Assembly: GCA_947496715.1 (NCBI GenBank)
Contig: CANMDT010000006.1
Location: 1,121 to 65,120 of the forward strand
Length of the DNA stretch: 64,000 nucleotides
DNA from: Myxococcales bacterium
GTDB lineage: Bacteria > Myxococcota_A > Bradymonadia > REDH01
Reading direction: 5' to 3'
Shown here piece by piece: positions 36,781 through 48,730 of the stretch. A program made the position numbers and the translations under genes. Below the pieces are notes generated by a model, which was given only the letters and a program-made list of their open reading frames with translations, was not told the origin of the DNA and made no database searches. Positions within the stretch are counted from its first letter, which is position 1; the number at the start of each line of letters is the position of its first letter.

Positions 36781-37797
36781 GTGAAGTTGCTCACACGGCG
36801 AGGGTTCAGCGTGGCGAAGCTGTTGTTTGTCGACCAGGGGATTTCGACTGAGTGCTTGCTCGACGATAGGGCGGGTGAGATTTCGCTGGGTCGGAGTCCA
36901 TCTTGCACGGTTCGGGTGAACAATCCGAGTCTGTCGCGGGTGCATGCGGTGCTTGTTCGCGAGGGGAGCCCTGCGCGCTACCGGGTCTTTGATCGCGGCT
37001 CGTCGAACGGCACCTACGTGAACGGGCAGCGTCAGGCGGAGGCGCTGCTGCGTCACGGCGACCAGCTGATGTGTGGCGAGTTTATCTTCCTGTTTGTGGA
37101 CGATGCCGGCGCCATGGGCGGCGCCGAGTCGCGGTCGATGCCGCCGATGCCGAGCCCGATGCAGACGCAGGGCAGGATGGCGCTGGAGGTCACGGAGCAG
37201 GCAGAAGAGGCATCTCCGGAGGGCAGCGACGCGGCTCCTCCGGTGGGCACCCGTTCGTTGCGGCCGCTGTCGACCGATGCGCAGATAGCGCAGGTGACCG
37301 AGGATGGGTTTTATGCTGCGCTGGAGCAGGCCGACGCTCTCCGGATGGAGCTGGAGATGTCGCAGCGCGAGCGGGAGATGCTGTCGGAGCAGGTGCGGGG
37401 GCTGATGTTCGAGGTGAACCGGCTGCGGAGCGAGCCGCAGACAGCGCTGGAGCAGGCAGCACTGTCGGAGGGTTCGATGCTGGGCGAGGATGTGGTTCGG
37501 CGGCAGTCACTGGAGCAGATGGGCCGCCTCCGGGGTCAGGTGGAGAAGATGGCTGCGGAGCGCGAGGAGCTGCTGCTTCGCTGCCGTCGGTTGACGGAGC
37601 TGGAGCAGGAGAACCGTCGGCTGAAGGAGCAGGTTGCCGCGGCAGCCGGTTCTGCTCCGTCGGAGTCGGAGCTCGGCGGGCGCCTGGAGAAGATGAAGGA
37701 GGCCTTCATGCAGCTCGACACCGAGATGCTCGCGTTGGAGGAGGTGAACCGTGGGCTTCGGACTGAAGTGGAGCGGCTGCGGGGCGGCGGTCGGTGA
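36781..37797 (+). CDS. FHA-domain protein with a long C-terminal coiled coil
   Basis: FHA core ISLGRSPSCTVRVNNPSLSRVHAVLVREG...RVFDRGSSNGTYVNGQR. The C-terminal half has ERE/LRR heptads. Confidence 0.7.
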   Translation: MKLLTRRGFSVAKLLFVDQGISTECLLDDRAGEISLGRSPSCTVRVNNPSLSRVHAVLVREGSPARYRVFDRGSSNGTYVNGQRQAEALLRHGDQLMCGEFIFLFVDDAGAMGGAESRSMPPMPSPMQTQGRMALEVTEQAEEASPEGSDAAPPVGTRSLRPLSTDAQIAQVTEDGFYAALEQADALRMELEMSQREREMLSEQVRGLMFEVNRLRSEPQTALEQAALSEGSMLGEDVVRRQSLEQMGRLRGQVEKMAAEREELLLRCRRLTELEQENRRLKEQVAAAAGSAPSESELGGRLEKMKEAFMQLDTEMLALEEVNRGLRTEVERLRGGGR

Positions 37798-38609
37798 GTC
37801 GGTTCGGGCAGTGGCTGCTGGTTTTGGCTCTGCTCTTGGGACCTGTCGGAGCGAGTGCTACTGAGCCGCTGGCTGTGGCAACCCGCCTGCGCGAGCTGGC
37901 CTCGATGCCGGAGGCGCAGCGGCTGGCAGGGCAGCGCACGCTGGCGGAGCGTGGCGGTGAGGTTGTGGCGGCGCTGGCGTTGGCGGCGGCCGATCGCAGT
38001 CTGGCCGATGAGGTGACGCAGGTAGCGCTGGTGGTCTTGGGGGAGGTTGGGAGCGCGGAGGCCTGTGCGGGGCTGCCGAACGAGGCTGCGCTGGAGGGGC
38101 GGAGCGCGGCGATTGGGCTCGCGGCGGCGGTGGCACGGGCGCGTTGCGGGGGCTTCTCTGCGCTGCAGCTGCGGCTTGGCTCTGTGGATGCCCGGGTGCG
38201 TGCGAAGGCGGCTGTGGCCTTGGGCATTCTGGGTCGCAGCGAACTGTTGGTGCCGGTGGTAGCGGCGAGCAGCGACCCTGTGAATGCGGGCTATGCGACC
38301 TTCTGGGCGCTGGCGCGTGGGCTGATGGGAGACGGTTCGGTGTCGAGCGTGGTCGAGGTGCTGGAGCGTCAGCCTGCGACGGCGCGGCTCGGCTGGCTGG
38401 CGCGTATGCGGAGCTCGCCGCTTGGTCCTGCGCCTGACTGGCAGCCGGGCTGGCTCGAAGAGGCAGACCCGCTGACGGGCGAGGCGCTGGTGGGTGAGTA
38501 TCTGCGCCGGTGCGAGGCGATGCCGGAGGCGGTCGCCAAGGCCGCGGCGCTGAAATGGCCTAGGCTTGCGCCGCGTCTGGCACAGGGCTGCGGGGAAGCG
38601 TTACCGTAA
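37794..38609 (+). CDS. Secreted Ala/Leu-rich HEAT-like repeat protein (hypothetical)
   Basis: Signal peptide MSRFGQWLLVLALLLGPVGASA. Its start overlaps the FHA gene stop (ATGA). Its 3' end overlaps the convergent histidine kinase by 50 bp. Confidence 0.45.
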   Translation: MSRFGQWLLVLALLLGPVGASATEPLAVATRLRELASMPEAQRLAGQRTLAERGGEVVAALALAAADRSLADEVTQVALVVLGEVGSAEACAGLPNEAALEGRSAAIGLAAAVARARCGGFSALQLRLGSVDARVRAKAAVALGILGRSELLVPVVAASSDPVNAGYATFWALARGLMGDGSVSSVVEVLERQPATARLGWLARMRSSPLGPAPDWQPGWLEEADPLTGEALVGEYLRRCEAMPEAVAKAAALKWPRLAPRLAQGCGEALP

Positions 38610-40122
38610 AGCGGGCGCCGCCAAGGGGGCCGGAGGGGGTGACGGCGATGGTGCCACCCTGGAGTTCGATGATGCGCCGCGAGATGGTGAGGCCGAGCCC
38701 TGTGCCGCCGGGTCGGCGGGTCCAGAAGGGCTCAAAGAGGTGGGGAAGGTCGGCTGCGGCGATTCCTGGGCCGGAGTCGTCGATGTGGATGACGGCTGTG
38801 CTCGGACTGAGTTCGGCAGAGACTTCGATCATTCTCGGCCTGCTCTCGGGGGAGGCGTCGAGGAGTCGGAGGGCGTTCTGGAGCAGGTTGAGGAAGACCT
38901 GCTGCAGGCCGTCTGTGGAGCCCAGCACACATGCCTCTGCGGGGATGGCTGCGGCGATGCGTGTCTGGTTTCGGGCTGCCTCGGGTTCGAGGAGCAGGAG
39001 GAGGCTTCGGAAGAGAGAGGTCAGGTTGACGGGTTCGTCGTCGATGCGGGGCTGCCGTGCGAGGCTGAGGTAGTCTTCGGTGAGCGCGTTGAGTCGGGCG
39101 ATATCGGACTCGATGCGGCGGAGCGCGAAGCGGGCATCTTCGCTTGCGCCGGTGAGGCTGTCTGCGAGCATCTCGGCATTGAGACCCATGCTGGAGAGGG
39201 GGTTTCGGATCTCGTGGGTGATGCGGCTTGCGAGCTCACCTGCAGCTGCGAGGCGTTCGGCGCGGAGTCGGGCGTCGTGCTCGCGCTGGAGTGCGTCGTT
39301 GGCGGCTTCCAACTCCTGGTTCTGGGTGCGGAGCCGCTGGTCGCGCTCGGAGATGCTGGCGCTCATGTGGCCAAACTCGCGAGCGAGGTCGCCGATTTCG
39401 TCGTCGCTCTCGGGTAGTTCGGCGGCACGGTAGTCGCCTGTCCGGAGCCGGAGTGCGGCTACGCGGAGTGCGTCGACGGCGCGGAGTGCGCGGGCGACAT
39501 AGAGCAGGGCGATGGAGGCGACAGCGAGACTGAGCGCGACGGCGATGACAACATAGCGGACGGTCTGCTGCTCCTTCTCTCTCGCGAGCTCGAAGGCCCG
39601 GTCTGCGAAGCCATCGACGAGGGTGCCGAGCCGGTCGATGCGGCTCTCGAAGCGGGTCGCGAGCCGCTCGGCATCGCGCTGCTTGGCATCGACGGCGCTG
39701 GTGTTTGCTTCGAGTTCGACGGCGAGATCGCTGATGCGGGCCCTGAGTCGCTGCTGCTCTACGTGGAGCTCTTCGGAAGCGCTGATAAGTGAGCTGATGA
39801 GCGAGGCGGCCTCGACGCCTGTGGCCTCTTTGGCGAGGAGTTCGATCTGGCGGTCGAGCGTGATGAGGGCATGCTCGAGGCGTAGCATGGAGGGGTTGAG
39901 TTCTTGGCTGTTGCGGAGGGTGCGCCGGAGGGCTTCGGTGTCGTTGAGCGCGAGTGCGCGGCCGACGGCGCGGGACTCGCGGCGGAGCTCGTCGAGCTGG
40001 CGGCTGACGGGGACAAAGTCGTCGTGGATGAGCGAGAGGTCGGTGATGAGCGAGCGGACGCGCACGGCCTGGTAGGCGATGGCGCCAGCGGCCGCGAGGC
40101 TGGAGAGCAGCACTGCTGCCAT
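38560..40122 (-). CDS. Sensor histidine kinase (transmembrane, HAMP-like, HisKA, HATPase_c)
   Basis: H-box ITHEIRNPLSSM, N-box LLQNALRL, G-boxes DSGPGI and GGTGLGL. The start is uncertain (ATG 40122 or GTG 40233). Confidence 0.75.
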   Translation of the reverse strand: MAAVLLSSLAAAGAIAYQAVRVRSLITDLSLIHDDFVPVSRQLDELRRESRAVGRALALNDTEALRRTLRNSQELNPSMLRLEHALITLDRQIELLAKEATGVEAASLISSLISASEELHVEQQRLRARISDLAVELEANTSAVDAKQRDAERLATRFESRIDRLGTLVDGFADRAFELAREKEQQTVRYVVIAVALSLAVASIALLYVARALRAVDALRVAALRLRTGDYRAAELPESDDEIGDLAREFGHMSASISERDQRLRTQNQELEAANDALQREHDARLRAERLAAAGELASRITHEIRNPLSSMGLNAEMLADSLTGASEDARFALRRIESDIARLNALTEDYLSLARQPRIDDEPVNLTSLFRSLLLLLEPEAARNQTRIAAAIPAEACVLGSTDGLQQVFLNLLQNALRLLDASPESRPRMIEVSAELSPSTAVIHIDDSGPGIAAADLPHLFEPFWTRRPGGTGLGLTISRRIIELQGGTIAVTPSGPLGGARFTVTLPRSPVPDAAQA

Positions 40123-40241
40123 GACGCGGGCGATGAGGGAGCGACGCGAAATCAAGCGTGTCCTTGGCAACCTTCGTTGACGATTTGGCGCAAAGCAGAG
40201 TAACCGCATCGCGGTCGGAGATTGTCGCCGCACGGAGGCAC

Positions 40242-41762
40242 ATGTTCAAGAAAGTCTTGATCGCGAATCGAGGAGAGATCGCGATTCGCGTAATGCGCAC
40301 GCTCAAGGAGATGGGGATCGCGACAGTAGCGGTCTACAGCGAGGCCGATAGGCGGGCGCTGCATGTCCGATACGCTGACGAGGCCTACTGTGTTGGTCCG
40401 GCGCCGAGCCGCGAGAGTTACCTCCGGATGGACAAGATTCTGGAGGTCGCGAAGCTGACGGGCGCCGAGGCGATCCACCCAGGCTACGGCTTCCTTTCGG
40501 AGAATGCGGAGTTCGCGCAGGCCTGTGCCGATGCGGGTGTGGTCTTCATCGGTCCTCCGCCCTCGGCGATCGAGGCGATGGGCGAGAAGACCGCCGCGCG
40601 TCGCCGGATGATCGCGGCGGGCGTGCCTGTTGTGCCTGGTACCGAGCACCCGATTCCGACAGCCGCAGAGGCGCTGGTGTTTGCAGAGGCAATCGGCTTT
40701 CCCGTGCTGATCAAGGCTGCGGCCGGCGGCGGCGGCAAGGGCATGCGTCGCGTGGACGAGGCGTCGCGGTTCGAGGAGGCCTTCGACGGGGCGAGGCGCG
40801 AGGCGCGGTCGGCCTTCGGCAACGAGGCCTGCTACGTGGAGAAGTTCGTGGTCGAGCCGAAGCATGTGGAGATTCAGGTGCTGTGCGACGAGCATGGCAA
40901 CGGGGTCTCGCTGTTCGAGCGCGACTGCAGCGTGCAGCGGCGTCACCAGAAGGTGATTGAGGAGTCGCCCTGCGCGGTGCTGTCAGACGAGATTCGCCGC
41001 AAGATGGGCGAGGTTGCGGTGCAGGGCGCGAAGGCCGTTGGCTACGTGGGCGCCGGCACCTTCGAGTTCCTGCTCGACCGGGACAAGAACTTCTACTTCC
41101 TCGAGATGAACACCCGCCTTCAGGTGGAGCACCCCGTGACCGAGGCCGTTGTGGGTGTAGACTTGGTGGAGGAGCAGCTGCACATTGCGGCAGGGCTGCC
41201 GCTGCGCTTCACGCAGGAGCAGCTCTCGCAGCGCGGTCACGCCATCGAGGTGCGCATCTACGCGGAGGACCCCGCGAACCAGTTCTTGCCGTCGCCGGGC
41301 CTCATCCGTCGCATGGTTGTTCCGCAGGGGCCGGGCGTGCGAAACGACAGCGGCTACGACTCGGGCACCGAGGTGAGCCTGCACTACGATCCCATGGTGG
41401 CGAAGTTCATCGTCACGGGCGAGACGCGGGAGAAGGCGCGGCTGCGGCTGCTCCGGGCGCTCGACGAGTACCAGGTGGATGGCATCGCGAACAACATTGC
41501 GTTCCTCAAGGCCTGCCTTGTGGAGCCCGACTTTGTGAGCGGCAGCTACGACACCGGCGTTGTGAATCCGATCCTGGAGCGTTTCAAGGCGGTGAAGCCG
41601 CTTGAGGGCGAGGACGAGGCGCTGGCGCTCGCTGCGGCTGCGCTGTCGCTTCACCTTCGTCGTGCGCAGTCGGCATCGCCTGCGGCATCTGGTGGCGAGA
41701 CGGACCGTGATGGTTGGCGTGACTTTGGCAGAGCGCGGCAGGTTAGCCGCCTCTCCACCTAA
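40242..41762 (+). CDS. accC: Biotin carboxylase (acetyl/propionyl-CoA carboxylase biotin carboxylase subunit)
   Basis: MFKKVLIANRGEIA...GYGFLSEN...EMNTRLQVEHPVTE. About 55-aa C-terminal extension. Confidence 0.85.
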   Translation: MFKKVLIANRGEIAIRVMRTLKEMGIATVAVYSEADRRALHVRYADEAYCVGPAPSRESYLRMDKILEVAKLTGAEAIHPGYGFLSENAEFAQACADAGVVFIGPPPSAIEAMGEKTAARRRMIAAGVPVVPGTEHPIPTAAEALVFAEAIGFPVLIKAAAGGGGKGMRRVDEASRFEEAFDGARREARSAFGNEACYVEKFVVEPKHVEIQVLCDEHGNGVSLFERDCSVQRRHQKVIEESPCAVLSDEIRRKMGEVAVQGAKAVGYVGAGTFEFLLDRDKNFYFLEMNTRLQVEHPVTEAVVGVDLVEEQLHIAAGLPLRFTQEQLSQRGHAIEVRIYAEDPANQFLPSPGLIRRMVVPQGPGVRNDSGYDSGTEVSLHYDPMVAKFIVTGETREKARLRLLRALDEYQVDGIANNIAFLKACLVEPDFVSGSYDTGVVNPILERFKAVKPLEGEDEALALAAAALSLHLRRAQSASPAASGGETDRDGWRDFGRARQVSRLST

Positions 41763-41775
41763 GCGGAGCAGGACG

Positions 41776-42309
41776 ATGGGCATCGATCGGTATGTACGGG
41801 TTCCCGCAAAGCGTGGCGCCAAGGCAGTAGAGATTGCGGTGGAGCCTGCGGGCGAGGACCGGTTTGTGGTGACGGTGGATGGCCGCCGCTTCGAACTCGA
41901 TGCTCACGCGCATGCGAGCGGCGTGGCGATGCGGCATGAGGGCCGGAGCCTCGATGCCCGCGTGGTATGGGAGGGGAGCGATGCGGTGGTGACGCTGCCG
42001 AATGGCGACTCGAAGTTCGAGATGCTCGACGCCCGCACCTACGCGCTGAAGGCTGCGACCGGTGCTGCCGGTGGCTCGGCGAAGCCGGTGCTCAACAGCC
42101 CGATGGCCGGCAAGATCATCCTGGTGAAGGTGGTCGAGGGCGACGCGGTGAAGGAGGGGCAGACGCTCGTCATCATCGAGGCGATGAAGATGGAGAATGA
42201 GCTCCGCTGCCTGGCTGCCGGCAAGGTGGTGAGGGTCGCGGTTGCGGCGGGCGACATTGTGAAGCCGGGCGATAAGCTACTCGAACTGGCTTACGACGCG
42301 CAGGACTAG
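41776..42309 (+). CDS. Biotin carboxyl carrier protein (biotinyl domain)
   Basis: C-terminal VLNSPMAGKIILVKV...EAMKMENEL biotinylation motif. GGAG ribosome-binding site. Confidence 0.8.
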   Translation: MGIDRYVRVPAKRGAKAVEIAVEPAGEDRFVVTVDGRRFELDAHAHASGVAMRHEGRSLDARVVWEGSDAVVTLPNGDSKFEMLDARTYALKAATGAAGGSAKPVLNSPMAGKIILVKVVEGDAVKEGQTLVIIEAMKMENELRCLAAGKVVRVAVAAGDIVKPGDKLLELAYDAQD

Positions 42310-43315
42310 TCTGCGGAGGGCTTCGCGCCGCTGTGGAGGAAGGCCTCGACGACGGCGCGCGCTGCACGGCCGGGGTGCTGGAGACCCGCGGTGACACTTC
42401 GCATGGCAGCTTCGCGGGCTGCTGCTGCTTCTGGCTGCGCCGCGAGAGCCTCTTCGATGCCAGTGGCGATGGCATCTGTGAGCCAGCGTTCGCGCTGCGC
42501 GCGTCGGCGTTCCTCGGCGTGGCCCGAAACGGTGGCCTCGGCATGGAGGCGCAGGAGCGTCTGCCAGACTTCGTCGATACCGGCTCCGGTGAGGGCGCTG
42601 GTGAGGAGGACGGGCGGCGCCTCGTTGCGTTCGCGCGGGAGCACATGGAGTGCGGCGGCGTAGTCGCGGGCGGTACGCTTGGCGGTGCTCTCGAGGAGGC
42701 CGTCGGCCTTGTTGATGACGAGCAGGTCGGCCCGTTCGAGGATGCCCCGCTTGATGCCCTGGAGGTCGTCACCGCCGGCAGGGAGGAGGAGGAGAGCGAG
42801 GAGGTCGACCATGTCGGCGACGGCGGCTTCGGACTGGCCGACTCCGACGGTCTCGATGAGGATGGTGTCGAAGCCGGCGGCCTCGCAGAGGAGCATGGCC
42901 TCGCGGGTCTTGCGGGCTGCGCCGCCGAGCGTGCCTGCCGAGGGGGAGGGGCGGACGAAGGCTTGCGGGAGGAGGGCGAGCTCCTGCATGCGGGTCTTGT
43001 CCCCCAAGATAGAGCCGCCCGTGAGGGTGGAGCTGGGGTCGACGGCGAGGACGGCGAGCTTGCGGCCGGAAGCGACGAGGTTGGCGCCGAAGCGGTCGAT
43101 GAAGGAGGACTTTCCGACGCCGGGTGCGCCGGTGATGCCTACGCGCAGGGAGCCGCCCGTGTGGGGGAGGATGAGGTCGAGGAGGTCGAGCGCGACGGCT
43201 TGGTCGTCGGGCCGCCGGCTCTCGACCATGGTGATGGCGCGTGCGAGGAGGGTGCGGTTGCCCGCGAGGAGGCCGTCGGCGAGTTCCCGTGCGGAGGGGC
43301 GTCGGGCGGGCGCGG

Positions 43316-43319
<4 letters not shown>
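42306..43319 (-). CDS. meaB: Methylmalonyl-CoA mutase-associated GTPase MeaB/ArgK
   Basis: [26 protein letters not shown] motifs. Confidence 0.85.
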
Positions 43320-45441
<2,122 letters not shown>

Positions 45442-45445
<4 letters not shown>

Positions 45446-47133
45446 GGTGTCTCCGAGGGGAGCTGCGCTGCGAGCTGCAGGAGCGGTGCGAGGCCTGTGG
45501 CGAGGTTGAGGAAGTCGGTGAGGCCGGCGGCCTTGAGCTCGGCGGCCGCGTCGCCTGGGTTGCCGGCTGCGAAGAGGTGGCTGGCACCGGCGCTGCGGGC
45601 AGCTTCGATGAAGGCAGGGGTCTGCTCTGCGAGGAGGGCGTCGGAGGTGCAGAGGCAGGCAACGGCGGCGGCGGCTGTGCCGCTGCCGAGCCTGACTTCG
45701 GTGGAGTTGAAGCCGAGCGTGGCGAAGAGGCCCTTGGCGAAGGCGATGCGGGGCTTGAGCTTGTCGGAGGGGTCGCCGATGTAGAGCGCGATTGTGGGGC
45801 GTGCACCGGGCGTGGTGGCTTCGACGGCAGAGCGGGCGGCTTCGACAGGTTGCGACCAGCGGCGGGGTGCGGCGGGGCCGGCTACGGCAACTGCCGGGGC
45901 GACGGCGCGTTCGCCGAGGTCGGGGAACTCGGTGACGCCGATGATTGATGCGCGGCGGCGTGTCACGGCGGCGGCGAACTTGGGTGCGCTCTCGGCGTCT
46001 CCCTTTGCAACGAGTCCGCTGCCGTCCTTTGCACCGCGCTGCTCCTCCTGGAAGAGGGCCCATGCGGCCTGTGCGAGTTGTTCGGTGAGCTGTTCGAGCG
46101 CGGCGGAGCCCTGCGCGGGGTCTGCGACAACGCCGAGGTGCGACTCTTCGCGGAGGATGCAGGCTGCGTTCAGGGCGAGTCGGAGGGCTTCGGGGGAGGC
46201 GGCGCCGGAGGCAGCGTCGTGGCCTCGGAGGGCGATGGACTGGGCGCCGCCGAAGATGGCAGCGGAGGTCTCGACGGAGAGGCGGATGAGGTTGGTCCAG
46301 GGGGCGAGCGTTGTCTTGGAGGCCAGCGTCTCGAGCGCGTGGATGCGCGGCACGGCGGTGAGGCCGGCGCGGTCAAACAGCGACGAAATGAGCAGCCGCG
46401 CGGCGCGGAACTTGGCGAGGGTGAAGAAGAGGTCGCGACCCGTGCCGAGGAGGAGTTCGATGCGGGCAGCGACCGGCTCGAGTTCCATGCCGCGGGCATC
46501 GGCAGCCTGTAGCCAACGGGCGGCTGCGGTGAGTGCGAGTGCGAGTTCGGTGGCCTCGGAGTGGCCTGCCTCAGCAGAGAAGGTCGCGTCTGCGAGGAGT
46601 GCGCCCGGGGATTGGAGCGCGGCTTCGACGGCGGTCGCGGTTGCCGCTGCGGAGGCCTGGGCGCGGAGCTGGGCGGGGAAGGGGTTGGAGGTCGCCTTGA
46701 CGCGGTGGGCGATGGGGGCGAGCTCGGCGGTGTTGGCGCTCGGTGCGCGGAGCAGTGCGATGCGTGGGAGCGGCTGGAGGTCGACGAGCGCGTGGGCCAG
46801 GTCGATGTCACGAAGCGCGGTATCGAGCCAGACCAGCGAGGCCTCGCGCGAGGCCGCTGTCGCGACGAGTGCGGCGAGTTGGGCGGCATCGTCGGAGACG
46901 ACGAGGGCAGCGGTGGTCCAGGGCCCGTGGGTGGCGAAGGCCTCGGCGATGGCGCCGTGGGTTGCGGTGGCGCGTGCTGTCGGAGGCGCGGGCTGGACGA
47001 GGGGCGGGAGTTGGAAGCCGTCGCGGCTGCGGATGCTGATGGTGTCGAGGGCGACACCCTTGAGGTCCTTCTCGACCTGGACACGCCACTGTTGGAGCGA
47101 GGTGGGAGAGAAGGCGGAGGGTCTGTGCTGCAT
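45442..47133 (-). CDS. mutA: Methylmalonyl-CoA mutase small (beta) subunit
   Basis: Colinear with MCM beta. The start overlaps the large subunit (ATGA). ATG 47133 (MQHRPSAF...). Confidence 0.7.
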
Positions 47134-47393
47134 GGGACCACGCTCTGGCGGATTGGTTGTTGGGCAGGGTAGTCGGGGGCGGGTTGGCCTGCAACCGATG
47201 GCGCAAAGTTGGCAGGCGGGTCTGCAAAAAGGTGCGGCTTTGCGCGCGGCGATGGAGGCGCGGGCGCAGTGGGAGCTGAGGCGGCGCGGGCGGCGGCGCA
47301 GGTTGGCGAAGTGGGTGCGGATTGTGTGCGTGCGTGGCACGAATCTTGTAGACTTGAGCAGGCAGGGCGCAGTCGCGCCAAAGCAGGTGATGC

Positions 47394-48098
47394 ATGTCGA
47401 AAAGTCGTAAGCGCAAAATCGGTCGGGGCTTCACGCTGGTGGAGCTGATGATCGTGGTGGTCATCGCGGGCGTGATCCTGGCGATTGGGGCCTACTTCGT
47501 GAACCGTCCGAACAATGCGAACAACCTCAAGCGTGCGACCGCGCGGACTCGGAATCTGGTGGAGGAGGTGCGTGCTGCAGCCCGGTCGACGGGTCGAGCG
47601 ATGCTGATCCAGATTCAGGAGTCGGATGTGTCATGGGAAGGCACGGCAGAGGGAGGGCGCGGTTCGAGCGTGGGTCGCATCACGGTCTATGTGTCGCCCG
47701 ACAACACCTGCCAGGGGGGCGTCGTTGGCACGCTGCCAACGCTGACGAAGAATCCTGGCTTTGAGGTGGATCATACGCCGAGCGGCAACTTTCGTGGCGC
47801 GGCGCTGGTTCGGGTAGAGCCGTCGAGCTCCTCGGGGGTGACGACGCTCTGTCTCACGCCTGCGGGCCGGATGGTGGATGCTGTGACGGGCGCGGCCTAC
47901 GCGTCGGTGGGGAACGCATCTGCGCAGAACGGGCTGGTGTTTGGCGGGCGGGTGCTGCTGGAGTTCGTGGAGGCGATTTGTGAGGGTGGCAGCAACGACG
48001 ATTGCCACACGGGCGCGCTGACACGCGACCTCGAGGTGGGGCCGATGGGTATGATAGACCAGATGCCGCCAGGCTTCCTGATCCGGAGTCTCTTCTGA
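47394..48098 (+). CDS. Prepilin-type minor (pseudo)pilin of the FimT/FimU/GspH type
   Basis: Class III signal: MSKSRKRKIGRGFTLVELMIVVVIAGVILAIGA. Confidence 0.7.
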   Translation: MSKSRKRKIGRGFTLVELMIVVVIAGVILAIGAYFVNRPNNANNLKRATARTRNLVEEVRAAARSTGRAMLIQIQESDVSWEGTAEGGRGSSVGRITVYVSPDNTCQGGVVGTLPTLTKNPGFEVDHTPSGNFRGAALVRVEPSSSSGVTTLCLTPAGRMVDAVTGAAYASVGNASAQNGLVFGGRVLLEFVEAICEGGSNDDCHTGALTRDLEVGPMGMIDQMPPGFLIRSLF

Positions 48099-48730
48099 TG
48101 AAAACGAAGCTGACAGCGCGTCTCGGTGCCGGTTCGATGGAGCGGGGCTTCACGATTCTGGAGGTGCTCATCGCGGTGCTGGTGCTGACGATTGGCATCA
48201 TCGGCATCATCGGCATTCAGACGGTCGCGATTGTCTCGGCGCGTGCCACGAACAACATGCGGAACGCCTCGGTGCTGGCAGAGACGCAGCTAGAGCGGCT
48301 GCGTCGCGACTCGGTGCTCTGGGTGCGGTCGATTGGCTGGGACAGCTCTTCTTCGCTGGGTCGGGCGATGGCATCGCCGGGCAGTTGGGTGCGTCCGGCT
48401 GCAGAGCCCGCGGTAGACAATGTGACCTACAACCAGCTCGGTTTGCCGAAACTGCCTGAGAGCACGCGGCTTGGTGATGGTGCTGCGACCTACTCGCAGC
48501 TCAACAGCAATTTCTGTCTCTTTTACCGCGTGACGCGGCTGGGAGATGAGTCGCTGGGTCGGGTGGAGGTGCGTGTTGTCTGGGCCCGGAACGAGGCGGG
48601 CGACTATCTGATTTCGCAGGGTTGCGACACGGTGATGGACCCAACCAACTTTGGCAGTGACAGCCTCTCGGAGGTTGTGGCGTCGACGGTTCTTGCGCCG
48701 AATCCGGCGCTTTCGGGAGGTGCACTGTGA
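48098..48730 (+). CDS. pilV: Type IV pilus minor pilin PilV-like
   Basis: ERGFTILEVLIAVLVLTIGIIG prepilin cleavage/methylation motif. The start overlaps the upstream stop (TGATG). Confidence 0.65.
   Translation: MKTKLTARLGAGSMERGFTILEVLIAVLVLTIGIIGIIGIQTVAIVSARATNNMRNASVLAETQLERLRRDSVLWVRSIGWDSSSSLGRAMASPGSWVRPAAEPAVDNVTYNQLGLPKLPESTRLGDGAATYSQLNSNFCLFYRVTRLGDESLGRVEVRVVWARNEAGDYLISQGCDTVMDPTNFGSDSLSEVVASTVLAPNPALSGGAL

Noticed and set aside
38566-40306. + and minus shadow ORFs (283 aa, 356 aa)
   Set aside because: Antisense or low-complexity frames over the histidine kinase gene.
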